64,000 nt of DNA from Eledone cirrhosa (lineage: Eukaryota), in the NCBI GenBank assembly GCA_964016885.1, contig OZ024743.1:213466001-213530000 (forward strand). Direction: 5' to 3'. The notes under the pieces are model-generated. The model was given only the letters and a program-made list of their open reading frames with translations, was not told the origin of the DNA and did not search any database. Positions 50,801 to 62,673 of this stretch are shown here, one piece after another. The position numbers and the translations under genes were made by a program. Within the stretch, counting starts at the first letter, position 1; the number at the start of each line of letters is the position of its first letter.

Positions 50801-53800
50801 TAATACGCTAATCCGATCTCTGTAGGCCTTGCGCGCCGGGAAAGACGCGTTAAGCTTCCAGTAACCAGGCTCTTGTCTATGAAATCTGTCTATGTCGATC
50901 TCACAGATCACAAATTTGTGGTTTGTGTAGTCGACCATTTTAAATTGTGGACAACTTATACTAGCCTTATCTAGTTCCCTGCAGAATACCCTATCTAGAT
51001 ACGATCTGGATGACCCGATGCGGTTTGTCCATGTCCACATTGGCACATTCGGGTGATCCAGTCGATACCTGTAAGACAGTTCAAAACGTCTGAGCAGGTT
51101 GGTGAGGCTCTTGCACCCTCCTCCCCTATCCACTAGCCCCACACGATCCCAGCGTGCATCCAAGATACCGTTCCAGTCGCCCACTAACACTAAAGAGCGG
51201 GACGCTCCAAGAAAGGTCTCTAGACGTCTGAAGAAATCTGGCCGTCCTGCCCCTGTTGGGGCGTAGACGGCTACTAGCCTGAAAGCATTGCCTTCGCTGC
51301 CGGTCACGTCCAGCACCACCGACTTACCTTCTTGGTCCAGGAAGATGGCCCGCATCGCGAGATCCAAGCCTCTCCGAAAAAGGACGGCAACCCCTCCCCC
51401 CGATCCTGGACGGCTGGGAGATGCGTATACATCGTAGCCGCCGAAGATCGGTGCGAAGGCCCGTGCCTCGGAGATTCTGGTTTCACTGATGGCCACCACA
51501 TATATGTTTAGTGACCTGAGTTCATTGAGCAGGTGACCCTGCTTCCAATATGACCCAGGCCACGTGCATTTATACTGCCTATTCTGAGTACAGCCATGTT
51601 GGATGAGAAACGGCGCAAATGAGAAAGGGTCACTTACCTTGTTCGTGTGGTGAAGGGACAGTAGAACCGTCCCTTTCGCTGGTCATGGGTGTTTCCAAGA
51701 GGATGTCAGTGTATATCCTCTTGGTAACCGTCCCTCTGACGCTCTGAAGTGGCCAACTGCGTTGGGGAATTTTTGTTTTAAAGGTTTGTATTGTTCTATT
51801 GAGATTTCGATGATGCTTATGTTTGTCGGGAGAGTTCTTGGTATTGGTGGGGTGTAGTAGCTTTTTTTCCGTGATGTCTGTGTGCTGCTTTATATATTTT
51901 ATGAGTTCTTTTTTTGCTATGTTTATGGCTGTGTACTTTTTTGGGGGGAGGGGTGATTTTGTTGCCGTTTTCTCCTTGTTGCTGTTTGGTGTGTGTGTCT
52001 TGTTGTTTGCGTTGTTGGTGTTTGTGGTGGTGTTGCTGCAAGTTTCCTTGCTGACTTTACCTCTCTTTGTATGCCTTCGCTTTTGGAGGGTGAATCTAAG
52101 GGTTTTTTATTGTTTTTTGTTTTTTTGTGGCAGACTGTTTGCCACGTCACTCCCGCCTCAAACTCCATGTCGGATTCTGTGGCGTCTGGGAGGGGTATCT
52201 GCTCCACGGCTGTTGGTGGTGGTAGTGGAGCCCTCTTCGGCAATTTTGTTGCTGGTGTAGCTATTTCAAATGTAGCTATTGGTGTTGCCGCTACTGATGA
52301 TGCTGCTTTAGTTATCCGTGGCCTTGGTACGGGTGCTACGGACGTTGCCCTCCTACTCACCGTGGAAGGGGCTTCTTGGTTTGTTCCCTGTCCTATTCTT
52401 GGTAGCAGCGGACCAGCTATTGGAAGGAGAGGGGCCCTCTTCGGTGTCTCTTCGGGCAAAAGGCCCTGAGGTGACCCTTCGACCCACAGAGATAACATTT
52501 TGGCCGTCTTCCGTCTACACTTAGAGGGAGTTGGAGTCCTTCCTCGAAGTCTATGATATCGGGGATAGCCTCGATACATTCCTGGTCAGTTTGTATAAGC
52601 ATTTGCATGCCTATACCTGATCAGTTCTCTCTCCCTATTTTTTCTACTTGCAGCATGGTCGCCCTGTTCTCAATTCCAGCAAGGACAGACGCAGCCAGCC
52701 AAGGTATGGGCACGTCGGGTGAGACCTGGGTCACTTTACCCTCACAATTTTCTGCCCGCGGTAGGAGGGCACCAAGACTAACTCCTCACTCTTTAGGGTT
52801 TCCAAAGAGTGAGACTTTGCTTCCTGGGGTGGTGGCGAAAAGTACGTCTACTGTGGCGTACTTTCTGCCTCGGGTGATGTGGGTTTTGCGTGCCAGACGC
52901 ACCCCAATGCCTTTTGGATTTGAGCCTCCGTGGCTCTCTCCACTCGATGTGAGATTTTGCTTACGGAGCGGTAAGTCACCGTCCGTAGCTGCTGGTCCTT
53001 GAAAAAATCGGGTGGAGGTTTCAGGGAAACTCTATTTGCGCTTCTTGTCACCATGGCCCTTGCGACTGCCATCTCCTCCTCTGTGACTCGATATTTCGGG
53101 CGAAACCTGCAAAAGAAATGGTCCCTTTTTCAGCAGCACCACTATTGCTGCCGCTACTGGTCTTACTGGTGGTGCTGAGGTCGCTATTACAGGTATCGGT
53201 GTTATTGTTGTTCTTTTCGCTGGTACAGTTGTTGGTGTTGTTTTCGTTGATACTGTTGCTGCTGTTACTGTTATTGTGGCTGTTGTTATTATTGTTGTTT
53301 TTGTTGATACTGTTCCTACTATTATTGTTGTTGTGGCTGTTGTTATTGTCATTGTTATTGTCGTTCTCGACCTTACCGCTGTTATTTTTGTTATTGTTGT
53401 TCTCGACCTTACCGCTGTTATTTTTGTTATTGTCGTTCTCGACTTTACCGCTGTTATTTTTGGTGTTGTTGTTGGTGATGTTGTTGGTGTTATTGTTGGT
53501 GTTGTTTGTGTTAGAAATATTTGGTAATTTTAAATCTGTAACAATCTTTTTTCGTTTGTAATATTTTCGTTTATATTTACCTCCGCTGGAACGCTGTCTT
53601 GTTGATATGCTGATAAAGTCTCCATCTCTCTGTGTTGTCTGACAGCGCTCTCTCTCTTTGTGTTATGCATGTTGACATTTTTCAAAAAAAATATTTTTAC
53701 ACAAATACGAATACGACACCCCGTAAAGGGGTGCCGTATTATTTACTAGTGAACCCCTGTATCAGATGGGTCTCTTCTTCTAAACTTTTATCAAATTTAA

Positions 53801-53887
53801 AACTTGAATAAAAGGCTTAGAACGGTTAAAAAAGAGGTAAAACGTTGAAAAAGACTGGTGGCGATAAGAAACGTGGCTTCACCAGCA
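47889..53887 (-). mobile_element. Tx1/L1-type retrotransposon copy 3 (diverged subfamily) in (AAT)n
   Basis: ORF2 at 48179-51597. ORF1 at ~51630-53678 with knuckle CYLCGSKGHLRAFC. Distinct 5' and 3' UTRs. AAT runs on both sides. Confidence 0.92.
48179..51597 (-). pseudogene. ORF2 of copy 3 (APE-RT), frameshifted
   Basis: VAISET, VYAP, SYLDRVF, GYWKLN, IRQGCPLS, AYADD, CTRC...ETVVHALVQC. Confidence 0.92.
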
Positions 53888-53892
53888 ACAAC

Positions 53893-53949
<57 letters not shown>

Positions 53950-53952
<3 letters not shown>

Positions 53953-54139
53953 TGTTTCTACTTTTGGCACAAGGCCAGCAATTACCCAGTACATTACTGG
54001 TACTTTATTTTATCGACCCCGTAACGATGAAAGGCAAAGTTAACCTCGGCGGGATTTGAACTCAGAATGGCAGGGGCCGAAACTCTATGCATCAAAGCAT
54101 GGCGACCGACGCTCTACCGATACTGCCTATCCACCGCCC
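53950..54139 (-). mobile_element. tRNA-derived SINE inserted in (AAT)n
   Basis: Same family as 18132. AAT runs on both sides. Confidence 0.9.
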
Positions 54140-54159
54140 TTAATAATAATAATAATAAT

Positions 54160-57100
54160 TCTTTCTTTATTAACCATAAGGGTTTACATAAAGGAGACAT
54201 TAAGGACAGTACAGGACAATACAGGACGGTACAAATGGGCATTTCTGATGTGTAAAAAAACAAAAAAACAGAGGATGTAACAAAAAAATAACAATGAAAA
54301 AATTCCCCAATAGGGGGGAGACTTCCGAGGGACATTTGTGGAGAAAGCCCATTAAAAGCCAGAGTGACCCTGACCACCAGGGCAAGTGCCCTCTCCCAGT
54401 TTTCCACCTTTAATTTACAGACACATACTCAGAGTAGGCCCATTCACTCGGGCCATACTTGCTTCCTCACCCATCTTTCAACAAAATGTTGGGAAGAGAG
54501 CACTTCCCTCTCTACCCTGATTTTTCTTTTCAAATGAATTTGAAAAAGTTAATAAGGGCATCACCGAAGAGGTAAGTGTTCGTCTTCAGCCCTTTCAAAT
54601 GTGTCCACCATACTATCTCTTTCGCCACGGCCACCAGACAGATAAAAACTGCCTGCCCTTCCCGGCTAAAGGAAGAGGGCGGCGCAATCCTCACGATGGA
54701 CTCAGCTGATAGCTGGATCCATCCTACACGTGACAGCTGGTGTTCGACATAAACCCACAAGTCATCAATGCTCGGACACTGGACGAGTGCGTGCAGGACG
54801 GTTTCGTCGCCCTACGCGCATCTCGGACATGCCCGGCTGACGGCACCTCCATGCTTTTAGAGTTTATCCCGAACTGGCAAAGCTCCTCGGTAGCACTGCC
54901 AGGCCAGGGATTTATGGAAGTTGTACATAGGCCCCAGCCCGAAAGTTCTTCCGAAGAGATTGGCTAGTTGATTTTTGTCGACGCCTAGAGATTCTCCAAG
55001 TACGTCGTCGCTCTTCCCCTTCACTAATCCTCTATAGAACGCCAAGGTGGAGTTTCTACCGATCACATTGCCCGATTGGTCGAGGGCTGTGAGCGCCTGA
55101 AGACAGTCCAGTCTCCAAGCGCTCCCTCTCAGTCTTCGCTTGACCCAGGACTTCAGCTCCGTCAAGGAGACGAGCTGGGGAAAGACGCGTCTAGCAAACG
55201 GCGACCACACCTGATCACCGTCGAGGAAGAGGTGGAGATGTCGTAGCCTGAGCGCGTGTCTGCGCATCATCAGCCACGGCATGCCCAGCCCTCCACATAG
55301 CGGGTGTTGACAGCAGATGGACCGCCTGACCATCGGAGCGCGTCCCTTCCACAAAAAGCGAAAGAGCAAACGCTCCAGCGCAGTCAGTCGGAGCTTAGTA
55401 CAAGATACGACGGTCAGGCGGTAGTAGATGACGGACGCGATGTACGCATTAGCCACCTCCGCTCGACCTTTCAGGGATAGCTTCCTCTCCGCCCATTTCT
55501 GGGTGAGAGAAGCCACCCTGCTCGTCACTGTCCCAGTTTTTGTCCGTCTGGAGGTCCGGACCGAACCAGACCCCTAGCAATTTAACCGGTCCGTCCGTCC
55601 AGCGCTCGACAACACTGTTGGACGGCATGGACCTGACTCTACAGGTGCCGAGCTGCAGGCCCACTGACTTTTCCTGGTGATCATTGCTCCTGTCACCGCT
55701 TCATATTCTCTTAGTGTAGTGCCGATCGCCTCGATGTGTTTGGTATTCGACACCACTACGGTGACATCGTCCGCATATGCTGACACGGATCTTCTGGATC
55801 CTAGTTCGCGCGGGACCCCCCTCAACGTCTCCAGTTTGTGCAGTAAGGGTTCGAGAGTCAATACGTACAAGAGGGACCAGAGGGGACATCCTTGGCGGAT
55901 CGAGCGCATGATGTTAAACGGTTCCGAAAGGTGACCGTTCACTCTCACAACAGAGCAGATGTCGCTGTGCATGGCAGCGATCCAGCCTCTGAAGACGGGC
56001 CCAAAGCCAGCTTCCTTCAGGACTGCTGCTAGGTAACGATGGTCGACCCTATCGAAAGCTTTCGACTGATCTACATTGATCAAGTACTCACCCGTGCCAG
56101 GTTCCCTAGCTTCCCTCTCTACGATGTATCGCATGAGGTGGAGGTTGTCGTGGATGGATCTGTTGGGAATGGCGCACGTCTGCGCCTCTCCCACCAGACC
56201 ACCAATGACAAGCGCCAACCTCTTTGCTAGCACCTTGGCCAAAATCTTGAACTCTGTGTCTAGCAGAGTTATGGGCCTGAATTTATCTATGTTATCCACC
56301 TTGTTCGGATCCTTTCTCAGCAGCGCCACAGCTCCTCAGCTCACAGAGCTTGGAATTCTCCCGTTCTGTTGCCAGTTGCAGTAGACGTCCGCCAAGAGGC
56401 ATACGAACAAGTCTGGCATCTGTACGTAAAGTTCATAGGGCAGACCATCGAAACGAGGCGATGTACCCCTTGTGCAGCCAGTCATTGCCTCCCGTACTTC
56501 AGCGGCTGTTATAGGCTTTTCGCAACACTTCGCCTCAGTGGCCGAGAGTCGCAGCAGTCCGTCAAGGTAGACACTAAAGTCCATCCCTCGATCCGGCCCT
56601 CCGCTGCCCCCGAACAGCTGGGCGAAGTGTCGCTGGAAAGCTTCACACATTTTCCCGGGATCGAGTAGCATGCGCCCTACGTGGTCCACCAACGATTGGA
56701 TCTAGGCTTTGTTGCCACGACGCGCCTCCGCCACTCGGGCCCATTGAACGGCTTTCGTCCCCTCGTGTCTGAGAGCACGCACCCTAGCTCTGACAACGCA
56801 GCCTTCGTGCTTTGAATTGAAGACAGTTCAATACGCTTTGAATTCAGACAGTTCAAAACGCCTGAGCAGGTTGGTGAGGCTCTTGCACCCTCCACCCCTC
56901 TCCGCTAATCCCACACAGTCCCAGCGTGCATCTAAGATCCCGTTCCAGTCACCCACTAACACTAAAAGCGGGACCTTCCAAAAAAAGGTCTCCAGACGCC
57001 GGAAGAAATCAGGCCGCTCTGCTCCTGTTGGGGCATAGAGGGCCACTAGCCTGAAAGCTTGCCCGTCTCCGCTGGTCACGTCCAGCACCACCAACTTACC

Positions 57101-59607
57101 TTCTGGGTCCAGGAAGATGGCGCGTATGGCGAGATCCAAGCCTTTCCGAAAAAGCACAGCAACTCCACCTCCCGATCCAGGACGGCTGGGAGATGCGTAC
57201 ACATCGTAGCCGCCGAAGATCGGTGCGAAGGCCCGTACTTCGGAGATTCTGGTCTCGCTGATGGCCACTTCATCTATGTTTAGTTACCTGAGTTCGTTGA
57301 GCAGGTGGCCCTGCTTCTATGACGACCCCAAGCCACGCGCATTTATGCTGCCTATTCTGAGTGAGGTCATGTTGAAATGGAGTGGAAAAGATGGGAAAGA
57401 CCACTTACCTTACTTCTCGTAGAGGAAGGATGGTTTCTCCATCCTTTTCACTGCTTGTGGCCTCCTCAGGAAGGATGTCATTATATATCCTCCTGGAGAG
57501 TGCTTGTCGGAAGTCTCCGATGTCTTTGGGGAATTTTTGTTTTAGTGTCGTGTACGTTTTCTGTGTGATGCGAGTGATTTGTACGTGTGGAGGTGGTGTG
57601 ATCTTTTGGGTTGTTGTGTAGTCTTTTTCTGTGATGCTGGTGTTGTGTTGGATGTAGTGTAATAATTGGTTGTTGTTCAAATTTAATGCTGTTTAGTGTG
57701 TATCGTTTTGGTTGTTTTGTTTTGTTTGCGTTTGTTGTGGATTTGTTTCTGTTTCGCTTTTTGGTGACTTTTGTGGTGTTGGTGATGGTGGTGTTGGGGT
57801 TAATGATGGTGATGGTGTTGGTGTTTGTGGTGATGGGGTTGGTGATGCTGGTGTGGATGGTGGCATAGCTGTCTTAACTTTTTTGTTTGATAGTTTATTT
57901 GTTTCCCTCTGTATTTTGTTTTTGGAGGGGGAAGGAAGAGGATTTTTTTTCTTTTTTGGTTTCTTTTTCTTTTTTTCATTTTTCCTGATACCGTTTCCCA
58001 CTCCTCGTCGTCACAGTCTGTCTCCAGTTGCGATAGGTCGGGGAGTGGAAAATCCTCCACTAGGCGTTGGTTTTGGTTGTGGCGTTGTGGATGGTGTAGG
58101 CGTTGGTGCTAGTTCTGGCGCGTCGGGTGGTGGTGGTGTTGGTTTTGCTACTGTTGCTGGGGTTGTTGCTGTTACAGTTGCTTCTGTTGTTGCTGTTACA
58201 GTTGTTGCAGCCATTTCTGTTGCTGATGGTGTTGATGGTTGAGTCACTGGTGTGGGTAAGAGAAGTGGCCTCAACCTTTTAGCCTGATGGCAGAAAACTC
58301 TTAGGTGGGTTCCTTCACCACAAACGACACACCTAGGCCTTCTGCCATCGATCATTACGGTGACGTGGCTGCCGTCAGTGAGGTCTATTACCTCTGGGAT
58401 CTCCTCAATGCTTTTTTGGTCCGCTTGGATCAGGAGCTCCATCCCAGATCCGAACCAGTTCTCCTGCTTTTCTTTCGCTATTTTGATTATCCTGGTGTTT
58501 GCTTCGATGCCGGCGAGGACGGCAGCTATTAGCCAGGGAATTTCGATGGCCGGTGGAACGTGGGTCACCCTGATCTTCACGAGTCTCTGGCCACAATAGC
58601 TTGGGACGAGTGTGAAGTCGTCACTTCTTAATGGGGCCATGGAGTTTTATCTGGCCTCATGTGGTGTTTCAAAGAACACGTCCACGGTTCCATATTTTTG
58701 CCCACGTCTGATGTTGTTTTTTTTGCCCACACATGTCCCAAAGCTTTCTGGATTTGGGATTCGGATGCCCGTTCCACTCGGCGTGATTTTATGTTAATCG
58801 TCCGATAAGACACGATGCATAGGCGCCGATGCTCCATTTTATTAGGTGGGGTGGGGCAGTGGGTGGTGGGGGTGGGGGTGGTGCGGTGAGGCTGACCCTG
58901 TACCCATCTTTCTTTACCATTCTCTTGGCTTCATTTAATTCCTCCTGAGTTACCTCGATTGTTTCGCATTTCTTGGCTGCTTTGTCAAACGACACATTTG
59001 CGGTGGTGTTGATGTTTTTGTTGTTATTCTCATTGTTGTTGTTGCTGTTGTTGTTATTGTTATTTTTAGTTTCAGTTGTGGTGGTGGTGGCGTCAGTGGT
59101 GTTCGGTGTGGAAGAGTCGATTCTGGGTGAATCCATTTCGATGTCACGAGATAATAATTTATTTTTTTCTTTTGTTTCTGTTGTCGCTGTGGTGATGGTG
59201 GGGGTGGCGGATTTTACACCTGCAGTTTTTGGTAATGGCGCGAAATGAATGTCTGCATGAGACAAATTTAAATTATTGCTACTGCTTATATTTTTAGTGT
59301 TGGCAAACGTAGTAATATTTACAATGGTGGTGTTGGTGTGAGGTGTTAGTTTGTGAGTAAGGCTGTCAGCCTGGTGTGGCTGTGAGTCGTCCATGATTTT
59401 TCAAAGAAATTCTTTGTTTGATAATTATAAAAGTTTAAATTTTGGGCTCAAGGCCCCAATCGTTTTGAGTGTCCTTTTTCGAGAGCAATATATGTGAACT
59501 TATAAACACTTAACAACAACAATTTTCCATAAATGGCAATTTGAAACAACTAAAAACAACAAACCTTTGCGGAGCTCACGATAATACGATTTCCTACGTA
59601 GGTCGCC
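54160..59607 (-). mobile_element. Tx1/L1-type retrotransposon copy 4 (ORF2 of copy 1/2 type, different ORF1 and 5' UTR) in (AAT)n
   Basis: ORF2 at 54415-57370 with a ~480-bp deletion at ~56820. ORF1 at 57405-59394 with knuckle CVVCGEGTHLRVFC. Confidence 0.92.
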
Positions 59608-59628
59608 AATAATAATAATAATAATAAT

Positions 59629-60157
59629 GACTTTGTAGGCATGTCCACGTATGTTAGACACATGGAATTCAAAAAGGTACTCAGGATTGTTGTTGGCAAG
59701 ATGGTTAATAATTTTATGGGTGTTTACTAAGTCAGTTGCCAGATGTCGCTGCATCAATGAATCCATGCGCAGGGAAGCAAGGCCTTCAGAGTATGGTAGA
59801 TGTCTGATGGACGGTATTCGCTTGGTTGCACGTCTCTGAACAGTTTCCATGAGGTCAATGTTCTGAGGAAGATAGGGGTGATTGGCGATGCAAATTCTAA
59901 GTGTGGCCACACCATAGCTATATACAGCTTTAAATAGATAGCTGGTGTGCGGCTGACAAAGGTCTTGCTGAGTGATGCTAAGACACCCTCGGCCTTCTTG
60001 ACAATTTTAGAGACTGCTGACAGTAATGATCAGGTCATGTTCACAAGAAGACTTCTTGATATTAGTGTTGTGGAGGGAGTATATGGACGCTGGGCTTTTA
60101 CTCCTAAAATGCATGGTGGTACACTTGTCCTCAGCCATCTTGAGCAGCCAGTCCGTG
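59629..60157 (-). mobile_element. CR1-clade LINE 3' coding fragment
   Basis: PYLPQNIDLMETVQRRATKRIPSIRHLPYSEGL...DLVNTHKII...RGHAYK. Confidence 0.82.
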
Positions 60158-60160
60158 ATA

Positions 60161-60690
60161 TATACTGTATGCTTAATTAAAAACCTTTTGAAGACCTTTC
60201 CCTATTGTTTTAAAGCAGTGACTATGTCACTTACTTCTTTTTTTCAACAAACAAAGGGAGATAAGCTGACAGATCTCTGTTTCATACTGTTGGTAATCAC
60301 CAGAGCTTAACACTCGCCTTTGTCTTTTGAAAATTATAAATGTTGGATTCTTATAGAATTCCAGTAATAATCAGGAACTGATTATACAGAGCGATTGCCG
60401 GTACAGCAAAAATTGAAAATTAGAATTGGTGCTCTATAAGAATCCATTAATTATAATTTTCAACAGACAAAGGCGAGTGCTAAGCTCTGATGATTACCAA
60501 CAGTATGAAACAGAGATCTGTCAGCTTATTTCCCTTTGTTTGTTGAAAAAAGAAGTAAGTGACATAGTCACTACTTTAAAACAATAGCGCAAGGTCTTCA
60601 AAATGTTTTTAATTAAGCATACAGTATATTGCCAAATATACTATATATACATTCATGTATACATCGCTATTTCAGAGCACCAATTCTAAT
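60161..60690. mobile_element. Fold-back non-coding element: ~195-bp arms (60161-60357 / 60433-60628)
   Basis: Reverse-complement arms with scattered mismatches. An extra inverted piece at 60674-60690 matches 60419-60435. Short TA flanks. Confidence 0.88.
60481..60528 (+). ncRNA. Type I hammerhead ribozyme motif (canonical core); core-mutated inverted copy at 60262-60309
   Basis: TAAGCT-CTGATGA-tTAC(caaca)GTAt-GAAA-CAGA(ga)TCTG-TC-AGCTTA. The inverted copy has CTGGTGA. Confidence 0.82.
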
Positions 60691-61440
60691 ATATATATAT
60701 TTTATTCTTTATCATTAACATTACTATAAAAAATAATTATTATACTTTTTTATACAATGTCCTCAAATTAAATATAGGTTAGGGCCTCAGCGGGTGAAAG
60801 TCGACCCTACAATCATACTTCATCGAGACATACTTCTTAAACGCAGTATGACCGATTGGTTAAAAAATTCGCTTAGTAATCGTGGCATCTTCGGTAAATA
60901 CCATTTACCATAGTCCCAGATCAATCCAAGCCATGGGAACGAAACTGGATAGATTCAATTGTTTGAAATCCTATTAACTGGATTTCCAATCTTGTTATAC
61001 AGTGCACCACGTTCATTCAGCCGAAAATAATGAGCTGTCCATGTATCACACTTTTCTGATATTGAATCTACCTGAGAATTAGATTAAGGGTACACGTGTC
61101 TGTAGAATACTCAACCATTTACTTTGTGATACCAGATGGACTGTACATATAAATGTGAATCATGTTGAATCTCCCTGAGAATTACATTATGGTTACACGT
61201 GTCTGTGGAATACTTAGCCACTTAGACGTTAATTTCCAGAGCAAGCTGTTCCATTATTCTCCTTCGAACAATTGGAAATCTCATCGTCGAAACCGACAGA
61301 GGTCTCTACTCCATCCACAACGCCCATCCCCACAACCCTATACGCCCACCCTACACCCCATTCCCACAACCCTACAACCCCATCATACACACCATCCCCA
61401 CAAAATTAGTTTTTATTCTAACGTCCCTCAATAATTCACG

Positions 61441-61957
61441 TACTCTCAGGTCATGAATAAACTTCCTCCGTCACGCTTATTAATTTTTTAGACATTTTCC
61501 AACCCGCACTTTTTTATTCCACCCCCACCCTCCTCGCTTATTAAATTTTGCTACTCCAGCTCCGGCAAAATTTTATTGTAAGGGATTCATATTGATACAG
61601 CAGCTGGAGAATCTAATAATGGTTTCTTATATAGGCACAAGGCCAGCAATTTTGGGGGAGAGGAATGTCGATTGAATAGACCCCAGTGCGAAGCTGGTAC
61701 TTTATTTTATCGACCTCGTAAAGATGAAAGGCAAAGTTAACCTCGGCGAGATTTGAACTCAGATCGTAAAGGGCCGTAACTCTATGCTGGGAGAATCTAA
61801 TAATAATTTTATTTTACATTAAAAAACATATTACAAAAAAAGAACATTACAAGAAATCCCATATTTATGAACGCAAACTATCCCGCCTATAAGAGTTTAA
61901 GCAAATATCCAATCACTGCTTGTTCCAACCCCGCCTATTATTTGGGACACGAGAGTA
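61441..61957. mobile_element. Non-autonomous TIR element (Tc1/mariner-pogo type) with nested SINE
   Basis: Imperfect TIRs TACTCTCAGGTCATGAATAA / TTATTTGGGACACGAGAGTA with terminal TA. Confidence 0.5.
61621..61790 (-). mobile_element. 5'-truncated SINE with TSD GAGAATCTAATAAT
   Basis: SINE core and tail present. Duplication at 61607-61620 and 61791-61804. Confidence 0.85.
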
Positions 61958-61959
61958 CT

Positions 61960-62490
61960 ACCAACTCTCCTCCTCTCTATGTCTATCACACAAAACTCTC
62001 TTTTAATAACCCTCTCTATATCTACTACCACCAAATTTCCCCCTCTCTATATCTACTACATGGAACTCTCTTCGAATGCCCCTCTCTATATCAATTAACA
62101 CCAAACTCTCACCCTCTCTATATCAATTATCCCAAAACTCTCCCCCGCTCTATATCTACTATGCAACACTCTCTCTCATTCCTTCTCACTCTATCCATCA
62201 CTACAAAACTCTCCCCCTCTCTAGATGAATGAAAACCTATCTCTATCAATTCTCTCACTGTAGTCATTTACACCAAACTTTCCTCCACTCTACATAAACC
62301 ATACAACACTGTCTCCCAATCCCCTTCTCTATGTCAATTAACAACAAACTCTCCCTCTCTTTATATCTATTAGAGGTAACTCTCTTCCAATACCACTCTC
62401 TATGTCAATTAAGACCAAACTTTCCTCCTCTCTATATCTATATGCACGGAAATCTCTTCCAATCCCCTTTTCTATATCAATTACCACTTG
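61960..62490. repeat. Degenerate ~32-35-bp minisatellite (CTCTCTATATCTACTACACCAAACTCTCCCC-like)
   Basis: Recurrent CTCTCTATATC[AT]A..ACACCAAACTCTC units. Confidence 0.75.
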
Positions 62491-62673
62491 ATATAGACGT
62501 GAATTACTTTGCTCCGGACTTTTACGGATTATTGTCAAAAAAACTGAGTTCATTGCTCAATTTAATAGCATTGTTTAGTTTAACCCCTTGCCTAGGCCGT
62601 CAGACGTTGAGTCAACAAATTTTCGCCCCTCTCTGGGGCGAAATTTTCATTTTCATCTCAAAACTGTGTAGAC

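Noticed and set aside
41057-59628. CRISPR-like repeat-spacer reading of the AAT array
   Set aside because: The repeats are simple microsatellites and the spacers are retroelements in a eukaryotic genome.
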